From contig CP174359.1 of NCBI GenBank assembly GCA_045401115.1, positions 50,117-114,116 of the forward strand: a stretch of 64,000 nucleotides of DNA. The letters run 5' to 3'. The position numbers and the translations under genes are program-made. Shown here in pieces: positions 51,101 through 60,375 of this stretch. The notes under the pieces are model-generated. The model was given only the letters and a program-made list of their open reading frames with translations, ran no database searches and was not told where the DNA came from. Origin of the DNA: Candidatus Phycocordibacter aenigmaticus (GTDB taxonomy: Bacteria > Patescibacteriota > Minisyncoccia > Phycocordibacterales > Phycocordibacteraceae). Position 1 is the stretch's first letter. The number at the start of each line of letters is the position of its first letter.

Positions 51101-51727
51101 TGGTGCAAGTGAGTTAGCTGGCTGGCTTGCTGATGAAACAGAAAGACCTGAACCAGTTGGAGCTGTTGTACCGCCGCCATTGTTGCCGCCATTAGTTGGG
51201 GCAGATGCACAAAGCGAGTTCGCTTTTGCACGTGATGAAGCGCCAAAGTATCCAGTACCTGCTGAAAGTCCAAGCGGAGCAAGAACTTCTGAAGCATATT
51301 TGTTCTGGAATTTAGCAACTCCGGCTGCAGTAACTGATCCGAAGTAAGAAGTTTCGTTGCCCGGTGATCCTGCGCCACTTGCTGCAAGTTGCGTTGCTGA
51401 ATCAGCGTTCAAGAACTTCTGAAGTGCCATTACATCTGCACCCGTGTCACCTGATGAAAGGGAACGAGTCCAAGTGAATGGACATACTGACGCAGATGAA
51501 CCTCCACCTGATGTACCACCAGTAGGAGTTTCTCCACGAAGTGAAGCGTCAACGTTGTCGATAGTCGATTGGTCTGCACCAAACGATGTCAAGAGCGATA
51601 GTATCGACTGGATCTGACTGTCAGTCAAAGCAGCGTGAGCTGCAGGAGCTGCAAGAGTCATCACCATAGCCGCTACCAACGCAAAAGCTGCGACAAACGT
51701 CGTAAGTTTTTGAGTAATAGTAGTCAT
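48146..51727 (-). CDS. Giant (1193 aa) secreted protein with N-terminal peptidoglycan-binding (PG_binding_1-like) domain and long Thr/Ser/Gly-rich beta-repeat region; putative cell-surface/S-layer-like protein
   Basis: Signal peptide ending AHA-ALT; PG-binding-like segment SLSSGDTGADVMALQKFLNADSATQL...GSVTAAGVAKFQ; then more than 900 aa of low-complexity T/S/G/V-rich repeats; C-terminal motif FIWSPNATTT...WTNGYFLPG. Confidence 0.6.
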   Translation of the reverse strand: MTTITQKLTTFVAAFALVAAMVMTLAAPAAHAALTDSQIQSILSLLTSFGADQSTIDNVDASLRGETPTGGTSGGGSSASVCPFTWTRSLSSGDTGADVMALQKFLNADSATQLAASGAGSPGNETSYFGSVTAAGVAKFQNKYASEVLAPLGLSAGTGYFGASSRAKANSLCASAPTNGGNNGGGTTAPTGSGLSVSSASQPANSLAPQSASRVPFTKFTVTAGTDGAVQMNSVVVKRTGLGSNAAFDGVVLVDDTGSQLGTAKTFNSNNQATIGESVTIPAGQSRTFTIAGNMASNLSSYAGEAPGISLVAVNSSANVSGSLPITGAYHTINATLTVGTLELDTSSAFAANSPVSQEIGTTGQRVTGFRLTAGSAEDVRLKMVRFNQTGSVSASDIDNVRIMIDGVAYPATVSTDGNYYTALLGSGILIPEGQNVEVYVEYDIVGSNASGRNIVFDVDENTDIYAEGVTYGYGISPAAGSTDPSSLTDGTSNTTETSGNPYIFGNQVTVTGASVTTIQKATSVAAQNVAINVPNQPLGGFTTDLKGEAMTVQSLDIGITTTGGEDAGDLTNVTLVDENGSVVAGPVDGVASGIGTDGYIRFTDAITFPTGMHTYTIRGKLGTDFANGDTIVASTTPNSTYWQNAKGDNTGDTISLPGGAFSMNTMTVKAAALAVTVSSSPVAQNIVAGVQGFTFANYQFDATQSGEDVRFSSMKGELNFANMAANELSSCQLFDGSTALNTGSNVVNPASSVTTGSDVTFTFDESLTVAKGTVKTLALKCNVSSSVSNNDTASWGINDVAGNISVTGTQSSTSVTESVTASAGQTMTVAAGSLVASEDASSPSYAITKAGATEVTNGIINFRASNEDVTLQRIGLQLTNTASSSGSDITKVSLWDGATKVGEAYFTGNSDYATSTLSTPVVIAKDTDKDITVKTDLAPIGTSAVGTQGALIAVDIDTNGTNTQGVGSSGTTINASGSTSFSGVRVFSSYPTLAKLSVPSSALTTGSDVTLYRFSVTASAGGNGIGLSELTVNVATSTGSSVSGTTTVTNLEVYAYTDVNFSSPVSGYTNGQVTPTLAGLVSSGDNTQALSSILQIPAGQTYYFEVLGDTTLTSGTGTFSGSVTTRLSGDAAYPAQAGLMGKETAVDDDANDDFIWSPNATTTSAAAHVDWTNGYFLPGLPSNGTSAETLSK

Positions 51728-52722
51728 AGCGTATAGCTAATTGTGTTTGACACACTCCTCTTAAGTCTGCTGGATTAATAATAATCGAGATCGCTAAATC
51801 TCAACAGCAGCGAAGTGTGGGCACTACAATGCTTTTGCAAATAAAATGTTCCTTCGACAGAACGACAAAAGCACTAGTACCAATTAATAAGAATTCTAAT
51901 TAATTTCCACCATCCCTAAAAAGAGTTACCTCTTTTTAGAGGTTGATGGCGAGAAGAATTTCGGGACATGCAGAATATTTCAGAAACATAACAGGACATT
52001 CAGTAGTATCAGTATAAGAAGAATGTTTTACGCACCAGCACTTCGTTATACATATGACATGAAAAACAAAGTTCTTCAGAGGTATATGAAACAAACAGCA
52101 CCAGTAGTAAAACGTGCACACATGCACGTAACGTGATCACATCGTAATAGTAAACGCGTCTCATGCCGGGGTATGCGCCCGGTTACTCAACGGCAATCCG
52201 GAAATATAACACCGCACACTACCTTTGTATGGCAGTGAGTATTGGTGTCTCTGTCAAAGTTCATCCCCCGTCATTTCAGCAATCTATCGAACGAACACAG
52301 TGTGTTCGTATGCAACCGTTTCAGAAATATCAGTGCATATATTATACCGCTATATGGTGCATTGTGGGGGTCATGCACCGGGTACAAAAATGTGGATAAC
52401 CAACAACAGTAATACAGATAAAAACCCCTCGTTTGAGCGGTTCGTTTTCTGCCTGTTATGTAGTACTACCCACGCCAGCACCATACCGCGAAATGCCCAC
52501 TTTAGCAATACAAAGCGCTAAAACACGCTCTGCGTCAAAAAGGTATATACCTCTATAAAAACCGGTCTTTATACGCTCTTACGCACACTCAATTCCCCTA
52601 TAAAACGCACCCAAAGGCACCCTTATTCAATACATACTCACAGACGCTATATAAAGGAATGCAATTTTCTCATCTCAAGAACCGACCTTGAGAAAGCACC
52701 CCGCTACTCCCCCTATAAAAAA

Positions 52723-52743
52723 TAGCGAGGACCGACCTCGCTA
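52723..52743. repeat. Single REP-like palindrome aTAGcgaggaccgacctcgcta, with a related hairpin at 52673-52693
   Basis: Same core as the BIME-like pairs at 40788 and 46798. Confidence 0.6.
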
Positions 52744-52790
52744 CACTTGTGTTTTTCCCCACCTACCACTTTCCACCGACCACCTCCTAT

Positions 52791-53552
52791 CTATGACGCC
52801 CGCCGGTACGTACTCCATCGACGCTCCCCTTCTTTCAAAAGGACACCTTCAGTAACCATAGAAATAAGCTCTCGTTGCAATGTTTTTTCACTACAATCTT
52901 GAATATGTGCAGCAACGTCTTTTACGGTTATTTTGTCCTTTTTATCTAAAAGACGTAATATCGCCTCACGTCGTGGCGTATGTCTTTTATGTCCTTTTGT
53001 CCTTGAAGGTGTCCGTGTGTTTTTCGGCGTCGCTGGCGCATCTTTCTGTCCAAGAGAAAGCGCACTGCTCCGCGCGGGCGCACTACGCACGGCAGACATC
53101 TGTGCACCACCAACCTCAGCGTTTAATGCACCTGCACCGAACACTTTTTCATAATGCATTTTAACGAAATTAGCCAGCTCTGCATACTCATCTGACAGTA
53201 CGTCGGCATTCATTGATGACACAAAACCTGCACGATGCGCGAGTTTCAAAATCGTACCAATCTCCAAACAACGTGATGCAAATGCATTGCCTCCGGCAGG
53301 CATCCCCGCGCCGTCTTGATCAGCCGTCGTGGCACTTACCAACTCAACTGCGCACATGCGCAAACGTGTCCGTAATGGGTCGTTGCTCGGAATAAATCCA
53401 GTCACCAAGTACAGTGCCGAGGCAAGTTTTTCTGTCTTTTCTACCACAAAGCCGTGGTGCTCATTTTTTAAAAAATCCTTAAAATTCAAGCGAAATCTCT
53501 TATCGCTGTCCTTTATACTGAGTGCGTTTGTGTCTTTTTGTGTATCAGACAT
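52791..53552 (-). CDS. Hypothetical protein with C-terminal winged-helix DNA-binding domain
   Basis: C-terminal ILRLLDKKDKITVKDVAAHIQDCSEKTLQRELISMVTEGVLLKEG resembles a DeoR/MarR-type wHTH. Start taken at MSDTQKD (ATG 53550-53552) because the longer ORF would include the terminator hairpin at 53698-53722. Confidence 0.4.
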   Translation of the reverse strand: MSDTQKDTNALSIKDSDKRFRLNFKDFLKNEHHGFVVEKTEKLASALYLVTGFIPSNDPLRTRLRMCAVELVSATTADQDGAGMPAGGNAFASRCLEIGTILKLAHRAGFVSSMNADVLSDEYAELANFVKMHYEKVFGAGALNAEVGGAQMSAVRSAPARSSALSLGQKDAPATPKNTRTPSRTKGHKRHTPRREAILRLLDKKDKITVKDVAAHIQDCSEKTLQRELISMVTEGVLLKEGERRWSTYRRAS

Positions 53553-53898
53553 GTTGTGTCTTTTATTGTCCTTAATAACTACATCAAAGACAATCTGTCT
53601 ATAGGACAGGTTACTCCTCTGCCTCCTCAAAGTCAATACAACGGACCGCTCTCTTTGACTCATCCTCGTATGATTGAGCCCGACGTCAATCATACATAAA
53701 CGGCTCATCAGGGTGAGCCGTTCTTTGCTAAACAGCTCAATACATTGAGCCGTTTTCTCTGCCTATTAGGCACCGCGCATCACCCTCCCTTTTCTATTTT
53801 TAAACCCAAAACCCCTTCTCGTTTTCCGCTTCTAATATCTGAAGTGTGAAATCATATTTCTGAAATTCCACCCCTGCCCATGTTACTATTTATCCATA

Positions 53899-56166
53899 AT
53901 GGCGCGCAGAAAAAAGAAAAAGAAAAACGGCTTTTCAATGCCACAGCTGCCAAGCTTTGAGGTGTCATTGCAACCAGGCACAGTGCGAAGCATCTACGCC
54001 ATCGGAGCAGCTATCGTAACCCTACTATTTCTCCTGGCACCGTTTAATCTCGCAGGAAATGTTGGTACATTCCTCTTTAATAACCTCAAGGCACTCTTTG
54101 GCACCGGATACTTCCTCCTTCCTATCTCTAGCGCATTCCTTGCCATCGGCCTTGCTCGTCAAAATACTGAAACCGGCGTCGGTGCAGCGCGGCTCATTGG
54201 TGCAACACTTCTGTTTATTTCGGGTATCGGTATTCTCTCACTTATTTCAAACGAACTATTAGGCGCCACTGAAGCAGCTGGTGGTTTTATCGGCACACTT
54301 ATAATGACGCCGTTCGTTTCACTTTTTGATGCAATTCTTGGTGGACTTATGCTGCTCGGTCTTGCTGTCGTCGGTACCCTCCTCGCGCTCGATACACCAC
54401 TCACCCTTCCTCATATTCCATTCCTTAGTCGTGACACCGCAAAAGAAGAAGACGAAGATTTCGACGTTGAAGAATTCGAAAGCGATGAAGAAGAGTACGA
54501 AGAAGAACCATACGAAGAAGACGAGGAGGAAGAGGAAGAGATCGAAGAAGAGCCAGAACCTGAAAAACCAAAGCGCGGTCTGTTTGGCAAAAAAGAATCA
54601 CTCGATGAAGAGGCGGCAGCGGCTGGCATCTCATTCACCCACGTTGATACTGAATACACTCCCCCTCCTGTGTCCTTGCTTGAGCGCGACAAAGGCAAGC
54701 CAGGCATGGGCGACGTAAAGGCAAACGCCAACCTCATCAAACGCACCCTTTCCAACTTTGGCATTGATGTAGAAATGGACGAAGTCTCAATCGGTCCAAG
54801 TGTCACTCGTTTTGCATTGAAACCAGCAGAAGGTGTACGTCTGCAAAAAATCCTCGGCCTGCAGAACAACCTCGAACTCGCCCTCGCCGCATCTCCAATT
54901 CGCATCGAAGCGCCGATCCCTGGCAAGTCACTCGTCGGTATCGAAGTGCCTAACACCAAAAAAGCAAAGGTCGGACTCGCCGGACTCATGGACGATAAAA
55001 AATTCACTGACGACCCTCGTCCTCTTCTTGGCGCATTAGGTCGCGACATCACCGGCTCCCCTCACTTTGCAAATGTCGCCAAAATGCCGCACGTCTTGAT
55101 CGCCGGCGCCACTGGCAGCGGTAAGTCAGTGTCTATTCACGCACTCATCACCTCACTCCTCTATCGCAACGGTCCTGGAGCACTGCGCCTCATCATGGTC
55201 GACCCGAAACGTGTTGAACTTACACTCTACAAAGACATCCCTCACCTCCTCACCCCTGTTATCACCGATCCAAAGAAAGCGATCCTCGCGCTGAAATGGG
55301 CAGCAAAAGAAATGGATAGGCGCTACGACATTCTTGAATCGCACGCTGTGCGCGATATTACCTCATACCACGAGAACATTCTCGCGAAATGGGAAGGAGA
55401 AGACGAAGACAAGCCCGACCAAATGCCCTACATCGTTATTGTTATCGACGAACTCGCCGACATCATGCAGTCGTACCCACGTGAACTAGAGGCAGCGATT
55501 GTCCGCCTTGCTCAGATGAGCCGCGCGGTTGGTATTCACCTTGTACTCTCTACGCAACGTCCAAGTGTCAACGTCGTCACCGGTCTCATTAAGGCAAACG
55601 TACCGGCACGTATCGCCCTTCAGGTAGCTTCACAAATAGACTCACGCACCATCTTGGACTCACCAGGCGCGGAAACTTTGCTCGGCGCCGGCGATATGCT
55701 CTACCTCTCAGGCGAGATGGCAAAAGCGACCCGTATCCAAACCGCCTTTATCTCAGAAGACGAGGTAAAGAAAGTAGTCACCTTCATTAAAAAGAACAAC
55801 GAGAGTCACCTCGACGAAATCACCCTCTCAAATTCAAGTGTTGAGTCATCGAACGCCCTCTTTAGCGGTTCACTAGACGATGAAGAAGCCGACGACGAAC
55901 TCTTTGCCGAAGCGCGCCGTACCGTTGAAGAAGCAGGAAAAGCATCCACCTCATTCCTCCAAAGGAAGCTCCGCGTCGGCTATGCCCGCGCCGCGCGCCT
56001 CATGGACCTTCTTGAAGACCGCGGTATCGTCGGTCCTGCAGATGGCGCAAAACCACGCGATGTGCTCACCCCTGAAGACGACTACGCTCAAGATAACGAC
56101 GGCGAAGACGAATATGAAGATGAGTACGAAAATGAAGACGAAGACAACGAGAACGAACAGCGGTAA
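53899..56166 (+). CDS. ftsK: DNA translocase FtsK/SpoIIIE
   Basis: N-terminal TM domain, an acidic linker (EEDEDFDVEEFESDEEEYEEE...), a motor domain with GATGSGKSV, VIDELAD and LVLSTQRPS, and a gamma domain (SFLQRKLRVGYARAARLMDLLE). Confidence 0.9.
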   Translation: MARRKKKKKNGFSMPQLPSFEVSLQPGTVRSIYAIGAAIVTLLFLLAPFNLAGNVGTFLFNNLKALFGTGYFLLPISSAFLAIGLARQNTETGVGAARLIGATLLFISGIGILSLISNELLGATEAAGGFIGTLIMTPFVSLFDAILGGLMLLGLAVVGTLLALDTPLTLPHIPFLSRDTAKEEDEDFDVEEFESDEEEYEEEPYEEDEEEEEEIEEEPEPEKPKRGLFGKKESLDEEAAAAGISFTHVDTEYTPPPVSLLERDKGKPGMGDVKANANLIKRTLSNFGIDVEMDEVSIGPSVTRFALKPAEGVRLQKILGLQNNLELALAASPIRIEAPIPGKSLVGIEVPNTKKAKVGLAGLMDDKKFTDDPRPLLGALGRDITGSPHFANVAKMPHVLIAGATGSGKSVSIHALITSLLYRNGPGALRLIMVDPKRVELTLYKDIPHLLTPVITDPKKAILALKWAAKEMDRRYDILESHAVRDITSYHENILAKWEGEDEDKPDQMPYIVIVIDELADIMQSYPRELEAAIVRLAQMSRAVGIHLVLSTQRPSVNVVTGLIKANVPARIALQVASQIDSRTILDSPGAETLLGAGDMLYLSGEMAKATRIQTAFISEDEVKKVVTFIKKNNESHLDEITLSNSSVESSNALFSGSLDDEEADDELFAEARRTVEEAGKASTSFLQRKLRVGYARAARLMDLLEDRGIVGPADGAKPRDVLTPEDDYAQDNDGEDEYEDEYENEDEDNENEQR

Positions 56167-56172
56167 CGAAGT

Positions 56173-56736
56173 ATGAAAAAACCTTCTGTTCCCCCGCCCG
56201 CTCCCGTTGCACAATATCGTCACCGCGGCCCGTTTAGCACACGTGGTGCGTCTTCAGGGTTCACTGCTCATACTATTCATGCAACTCTGATTCTTGGTGT
56301 TATTGGGGTGCTCGTGGTTATTGTCTATGGTTTTTTCGTTGCGCTACCCTACCTTAAAGGACCAATATTAACCGTCGAACAACCACGAGAATCCCCGGAA
56401 CACTCATTAATAATCAGCGGCACCACCGAACGAGTCAGCACTGTACATATTAATGGGCTTGAGGTGCCCTTAACCCAAGAAGGCACCTTCGCTGTGGAGC
56501 GCGCCTACCCGCCAGGGTATACTGTAGTAGAAATCACCGCGACCGACCGATTCGGCCGCAGCAAAGAAAAAACACTTACTTTTATAACTGAACAAAACTA
56601 TGCCAGCAAAAAAGAAAACAACGAAGAAAGCAGCACCGAAGAAAACCGAGAACAAGAAAGCGGAGACCAAATCAACCAAGGAAACGAGCGCGGAGAAACC
56701 TCAGGAGAAGGCAGTGGAGAAGAAACCGCATCCTGA
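56173..56736 (+). CDS. Hypothetical membrane protein (TM anchor, beta-rich domain, acidic tail)
   Basis: 187-aa ORF directly after ftsK, with TM segment [20 protein letters not shown]. The 3' end overlaps recA in another frame. Confidence 0.4.
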   Translation: MKKPSVPPPAPVAQYRHRGPFSTRGASSGFTAHTIHATLILGVIGVLVVIVYGFFVALPYLKGPILTVEQPRESPEHSLIISGTTERVSTVHINGLEVPLTQEGTFAVERAYPPGYTVVEITATDRFGRSKEKTLTFITEQNYASKKENNEESSTEENREQESGDQINQGNERGETSGEGSGEETAS

Positions 56737-57724
56737 AGCCATCAAATCAACCATAGACAGCATCAAAACTAAATTTGGTGATGGCTCCATCATGATGCTT
56801 GGCGACACTGGCCGCGTGAACGTTGACGCTATACCTACTGGATCCTTAGGACTCGACTATGCGCTTGGTATAGGCGGTGTTCCCCGCGGCCGAGTCATTG
56901 AAATCTTCGGTCCTGAATCATCAGGAAAGACTACCCTCTCTCTTCACATTGCTGCTGAGGCACAAAAGAAAGGTGGTATCTGTGCCTTCGTTGACGCTGA
57001 GCACGCGCTTGACCCTGAGTACGCCAAGAAGCTTGGTGTGAAAATCGACGACCTCCTCGTCTCGCAACCCGACACTGGCGAACAGGCACTCGACATCGTT
57101 GAAACACTCGTACGTAGCGGCAAAATAGACGTCATCGTCATTGACTCCGTAGCCGCGCTAACTCCTAAGGCGGAAATTGAAGGCGACATGGAACAGACGC
57201 ACGTGGGCCGCCAGGCACGTCTTATGTCACAAGCACTGCGGAAACTCACCGCTATCGTGGCCAAGAGTAAAACCGTCGTTATTTTCATTAACCAAATCCG
57301 CATGCAGATCGGCATGATGTTTGGTAACCCTGAAGTCACCCCAGGCGGTAAAGCGCTCAAATTCTACACCTCAGTGCGTATGGACATCCGCCGCATCGCT
57401 CAAATCAAGAAAGGCGACGAAGTGGTCGGTGGACGCGTTCGTGTTAAAGTGGTCAAAAACAAGGTCGCTCCCCCATTCAAAATGACTGAGTTCGACCTCA
57501 TGTACAACGAAGGCATCAGTAAAGAAGGCGAACTCCTCGCCCTCGGCGAGAAGTTCGGATTCGTCAGCAAAGCCGGCAGCTCCTACTCGGCGGAACTCCC
57601 CGGTGACGAAGAGGTCACAAAACTCGGTCGCGGCTACGATGCCGCGCGCACGACCCTACGCGAAGATAAAAAATTCTCAAATCGCCTCCTCAAAGAAATC
57701 CGTAAAAAACTCGCTGAAGATTAA
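56714..57724 (+). CDS. recA: Recombinase RecA (probable GTG start 56714 with AGGAGAAGG SD; the ORF-track ATG 56600 would add a Lys-rich extension of 38 aa)
   Basis: [20 protein letters not shown] (Walker A), IVIDSVAAL and the L2 loop region are all conserved. From GTG 56714 the N-terminus has the canonical length, and caggagaaggca precedes it. Confidence 0.85.
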   Translation: MEKKPHPEAIKSTIDSIKTKFGDGSIMMLGDTGRVNVDAIPTGSLGLDYALGIGGVPRGRVIEIFGPESSGKTTLSLHIAAEAQKKGGICAFVDAEHALDPEYAKKLGVKIDDLLVSQPDTGEQALDIVETLVRSGKIDVIVIDSVAALTPKAEIEGDMEQTHVGRQARLMSQALRKLTAIVAKSKTVVIFINQIRMQIGMMFGNPEVTPGGKALKFYTSVRMDIRRIAQIKKGDEVVGGRVRVKVVKNKVAPPFKMTEFDLMYNEGISKEGELLALGEKFGFVSKAGSSYSAELPGDEEVTKLGRGYDAARTTLREDKKFSNRLLKEIRKKLAED

Positions 57725-57753
57725 CCTTCGGCAAATCCCTCCACGCACCATAG

Positions 57754-57788
57754 AAAAACCGCCGGTAGCTACGCTACCGGCGGTTTTT
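57754..57788. terminator. Rho-independent terminator after recA
   Basis: aaaaaccgccggtagc-tacg-ctaccggcggttttt. Confidence 0.7.
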
Positions 57789-57801
57789 GTTTTCTACATC
57801 T

Positions 57802-58083
57802 TTAACGGCACTCGTCTTTCTTTCTGCTAAACCACTGCAAAGCAGCGCCAGAAGCGAACAATACTAAACCAGCCCCAATTATACCCAGCGAGTCGAATAG
57901 CGCTTCATGAGATGCATCTTCTATACCCTCTACATCAACGTGAAGACCTTGTTCTTCCGCCTCCTCTATAGCTTCTACAGATGCCGCAGTCATAGTAACT
58001 CCATAAAGACTCCCTCCAAGCACCCCAAGTGTTCCTAAGATCTTTGCGCCCTCTCCAAGCCCTTGTGCAACATGTCTTTCCAT
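57802..58083 (-). CDS. Hypothetical small two-TM protein, paralogue of the ORF 58225..58533
   Basis: 93 aa. Shares ERH...AK..LG.LGGS...AEHLEE...ALFDSLGIIGAGLVLFASGA with the neighbouring 102-aa ORF. Confidence 0.4.
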   Translation of the reverse strand: MERHVAQGLGEGAKILGTLGVLGGSLYGVTMTAASVEAIEEAEEQGLHVDVEGIEDASHEALFDSLGIIGAGLVLFASGAALQWFSRKKDECR

Positions 58084-58224
58084 ATATAAATATAATACAT
58101 TTTATTTACCAAAAGTCAACCTTTACCATTACCCTCTCTCAAGGACCGACCTTGAGAAACCCATAAAATTAAACGGCTCAGTCTCCTGAGCCGTTTAATA
58201 ATGACACTCGTTGTACGCACCAAC

Positions 58225-58533
58225 CTAAAGGTCAAGCTTCCCCGCATGTACCCTACTGCGCCATACATTGTAGCCACTGAGAAGGAGAGACGCGGCACTC
58301 ATAAGGAGTAGCGCTCCTCCAATATCGCCTACATCATTAAATAGTGATTCTGGGTTGAGGTCGAACGCTATATCATCAGAGTGAGTCTCCTCAAGGTGCT
58401 CAGCACGTTGACCCGCAAAATATATACCACCTACAAAGCTACCTCCCGACACTGCAAGTCCTAAAATACCGTACTTGGCGTTTTCAGCCATTGCATTAAG
58501 ATGTCGTTCACGTTCTTGATCTATCATATACAT
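58225..58533 (-). CDS. Hypothetical small two-TM protein, paralogue of the ORF 57802..58083
   Basis: 102 aa. Aligns along its full length with the downstream paralogue and is followed by REP-like and AAACGGCTCA hairpins. Confidence 0.4.
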   Translation of the reverse strand: MYMIDQERERHLNAMAENAKYGILGLAVSGGSFVGGIYFAGQRAEHLEETHSDDIAFDLNPESLFNDVGDIGGALLLMSAASLLLSGYNVWRSRVHAGKLDL

Positions 58534-58650
58534 ATATCTAAAGTAATATACTGATCACTATGCATTATGTATCTATAAAAGTCAAAAAATGCTGATGATG
58601 TCCGAAGTCATTCTAAAAATACCCTACCTCTACAGTGAGCCCGGTAACAA

Positions 58651-58995
58651 TTAGACGTGTTCGCGGTGCGCAAAAAAAGAACTCTGGGCAAGCCAGTACC
58701 ACACATCGCGCATCAACCAAAGCGTGATCACCGCAACCGCAAGCATGGCGAGCTGCACCGCTACTTCAGTTGAAAGGAGCGCATCGGCGGCGTAAGAGAA
58801 GAAACGGTCAAACGAGGTCATAGTCGAGATCGCGTTTGCAAAAATGTCACTGAGCGAGACGGAAAAGAGTACCGCACCGATCAACACCATAAGTGCGGCA
58901 ACGCGCACCTCAAGGCGTGTGACCTGCCGCAGCATGTATACGCCGTATACCCGCATCATTACCTTCCTTTTTATATGGTTATTACTATTGTTCAT
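58651..58995 (-). CDS. Putative anti-sigma factor (single-TM membrane protein downstream of the ECF sigma gene)
   Basis: 114 aa with a cytoplasmic N-terminus followed by TM helices (AALMVLIGAVLFSVSL; LAMLAVAVITLWLM). Starts 11 nt after the sigma-factor stop. Confidence 0.45.
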   Translation of the reverse strand: MNNSNNHIKRKVMMRVYGVYMLRQVTRLEVRVAALMVLIGAVLFSVSLSDIFANAISTMTSFDRFFSYAADALLSTEVAVQLAMLAVAVITLWLMRDVWYWLAQSSFFAHREHV

Positions 58996-59006
58996 ATGCT
59001 CTCCTA

Positions 59007-59639
59007 TTATACGATCTCTCCCACAACCTCCCGTAATACTTTTTTCGCCCGATGCACGCGCGTCTTTATCGCACCCTCACTCACCCCTTCCTGTTCAGCA
59101 ATTTCTTTATACGACAAATTATCAATATACGCTGCCTTCAGCAACGCTGAAACGTCTTCCGGTAAAAACTGAAACGCTCGCTCAATAATATCCTGCGCAT
59201 ATATCGCGTCAGTATCGCTCGGTGACGCAAGTGATTCATAATGCTCCGGCGTCAGTGATGCATGGCGCGCCCACTGCTTTGCCTGTTTTTGGTACTTAGT
59301 ACGAGCAACGTTCATAAGAATCGTCATCGCCCATGCCTTAAACGTTCCTGCATCTCCATTAAATTTCGGTGCAAAACGATAAATACGTACAAATGTCTCT
59401 TGCACCACATCTTCCGCTTCATCAGCATCCTTCACCACATACCGCGCTCGCTCAAAAAACAGCTTTTGGTAACGTGTAAGGAGAACCTCAAACGTACTCG
59501 GGTTTTGTAAAGAATGCTGGAGTAGTTCCTCATCGCTTAATGCTTCAGTCGTATCTGAGTGCGCGTATTCCATACTTGATGGTATACCGCCAAGCAACGA
59601 CCTGTCAATTGTATTTAAAATAGAGGTAGAATGGTACAT
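59007..59639 (-). CDS. RNA polymerase sigma-70 family, ECF subfamily
   Basis: Region 2 (FEVLLTRYQKLFFERARYVVKDADEAEDVVQETFVRIY) and region 4 HTH (LSYKEIAEQEGVSEGAIKTRVHRAKKVL). Confidence 0.8.
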   Translation of the reverse strand: MYHSTSILNTIDRSLLGGIPSSMEYAHSDTTEALSDEELLQHSLQNPSTFEVLLTRYQKLFFERARYVVKDADEAEDVVQETFVRIYRFAPKFNGDAGTFKAWAMTILMNVARTKYQKQAKQWARHASLTPEHYESLASPSDTDAIYAQDIIERAFQFLPEDVSALLKAAYIDNLSYKEIAEQEGVSEGAIKTRVHRAKKVLREVVGEIV

Positions 59640-59760
59640 ATACAGCTAAAAGAGAGGCGCTATTCCATAAAAGCATCGGGCTTGCTATAGTTTTCACGGA
59701 GCCGGCTTCCCTCTCCATGTATAGAACTTCATTACGTATATAAACGTTACAAATTATTTT

Positions 59761-60360
59761 ATGGCTACTCTTTCATATAACGAAATCATTCCACGTAAAA
59801 TCATTGAATATAACAATGAGCCCTGTGTTGTGCTCTCATCCCATGTTTTTCGCAAACAACAACGTAAACCAGTTAACCAAACAAAACTGAAAGGTCTTAA
59901 AAGCGGTAAGACCTTAGAGATATCTTTCCATCAATCAGAAACCGTTCAAGAGGCCGATACCGAGCGTCAAGAAATTACCTACATCTATGCGCGTAACGGC
60001 GAGGTATGGTTCCATGAAGCCGGGAACCCTAAGAACCGCTTCAGTGTTTCTGAAGACCAGTTCGGCGAAAAAATGAAGTTCGTGAAACCTAATACCGACA
60101 TTGTCGCTATTGTCTGGCATGATCCTTCTCAAAAAGGCGACGCAGGTGAAGTTATTGACCTTGACCTGCCCATTAAAGTAGAGCTGGTGGTTACCGAAGC
60201 CCCACCGTCCGTTAAAGGAAACACCGCGCAAGGCGGTTCAAAACAGGTTGTGCTTGAAACGGGTGCAGTTATTTCCACCCCACTCTTCATCAACGAAGGT
60301 GACATTGTGCGCGTAAACACCGACACACAAGAATACGTCGAACGAGCCGAGAAAAATTAA
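59761..60360 (+). CDS. efp: Elongation factor P
   Basis: Full-length alignment to EF-P (MATLSYNEI...; GGSKQVVLETGAVISTPLFINEGDIVRVNTDTQEYVERA). The loop around the usual KPGKG site reads FRKQQRKPVNQ. Confidence 0.85.
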   Translation: MATLSYNEIIPRKIIEYNNEPCVVLSSHVFRKQQRKPVNQTKLKGLKSGKTLEISFHQSETVQEADTERQEITYIYARNGEVWFHEAGNPKNRFSVSEDQFGEKMKFVKPNTDIVAIVWHDPSQKGDAGEVIDLDLPIKVELVVTEAPPSVKGNTAQGGSKQVVLETGAVISTPLFINEGDIVRVNTDTQEYVERAEKN

Positions 60361-60375
60361 GAGCAACCCGAAAAA

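Noticed and set aside
53697-53756. Tandem AAACGGCTCA/AAACAGCTCA hairpins as a possible riboswitch or attenuator
   Set aside because: They lie at the 3' end of ORF 52791..53552 and far from the next start, so terminator or repeat-element roles are more parsimonious.
54411-55052. 213-aa minus-strand Ser-rich ORF
   Set aside because: Antisense to the ftsK acidic linker and motor domain, so a low-complexity artefact.
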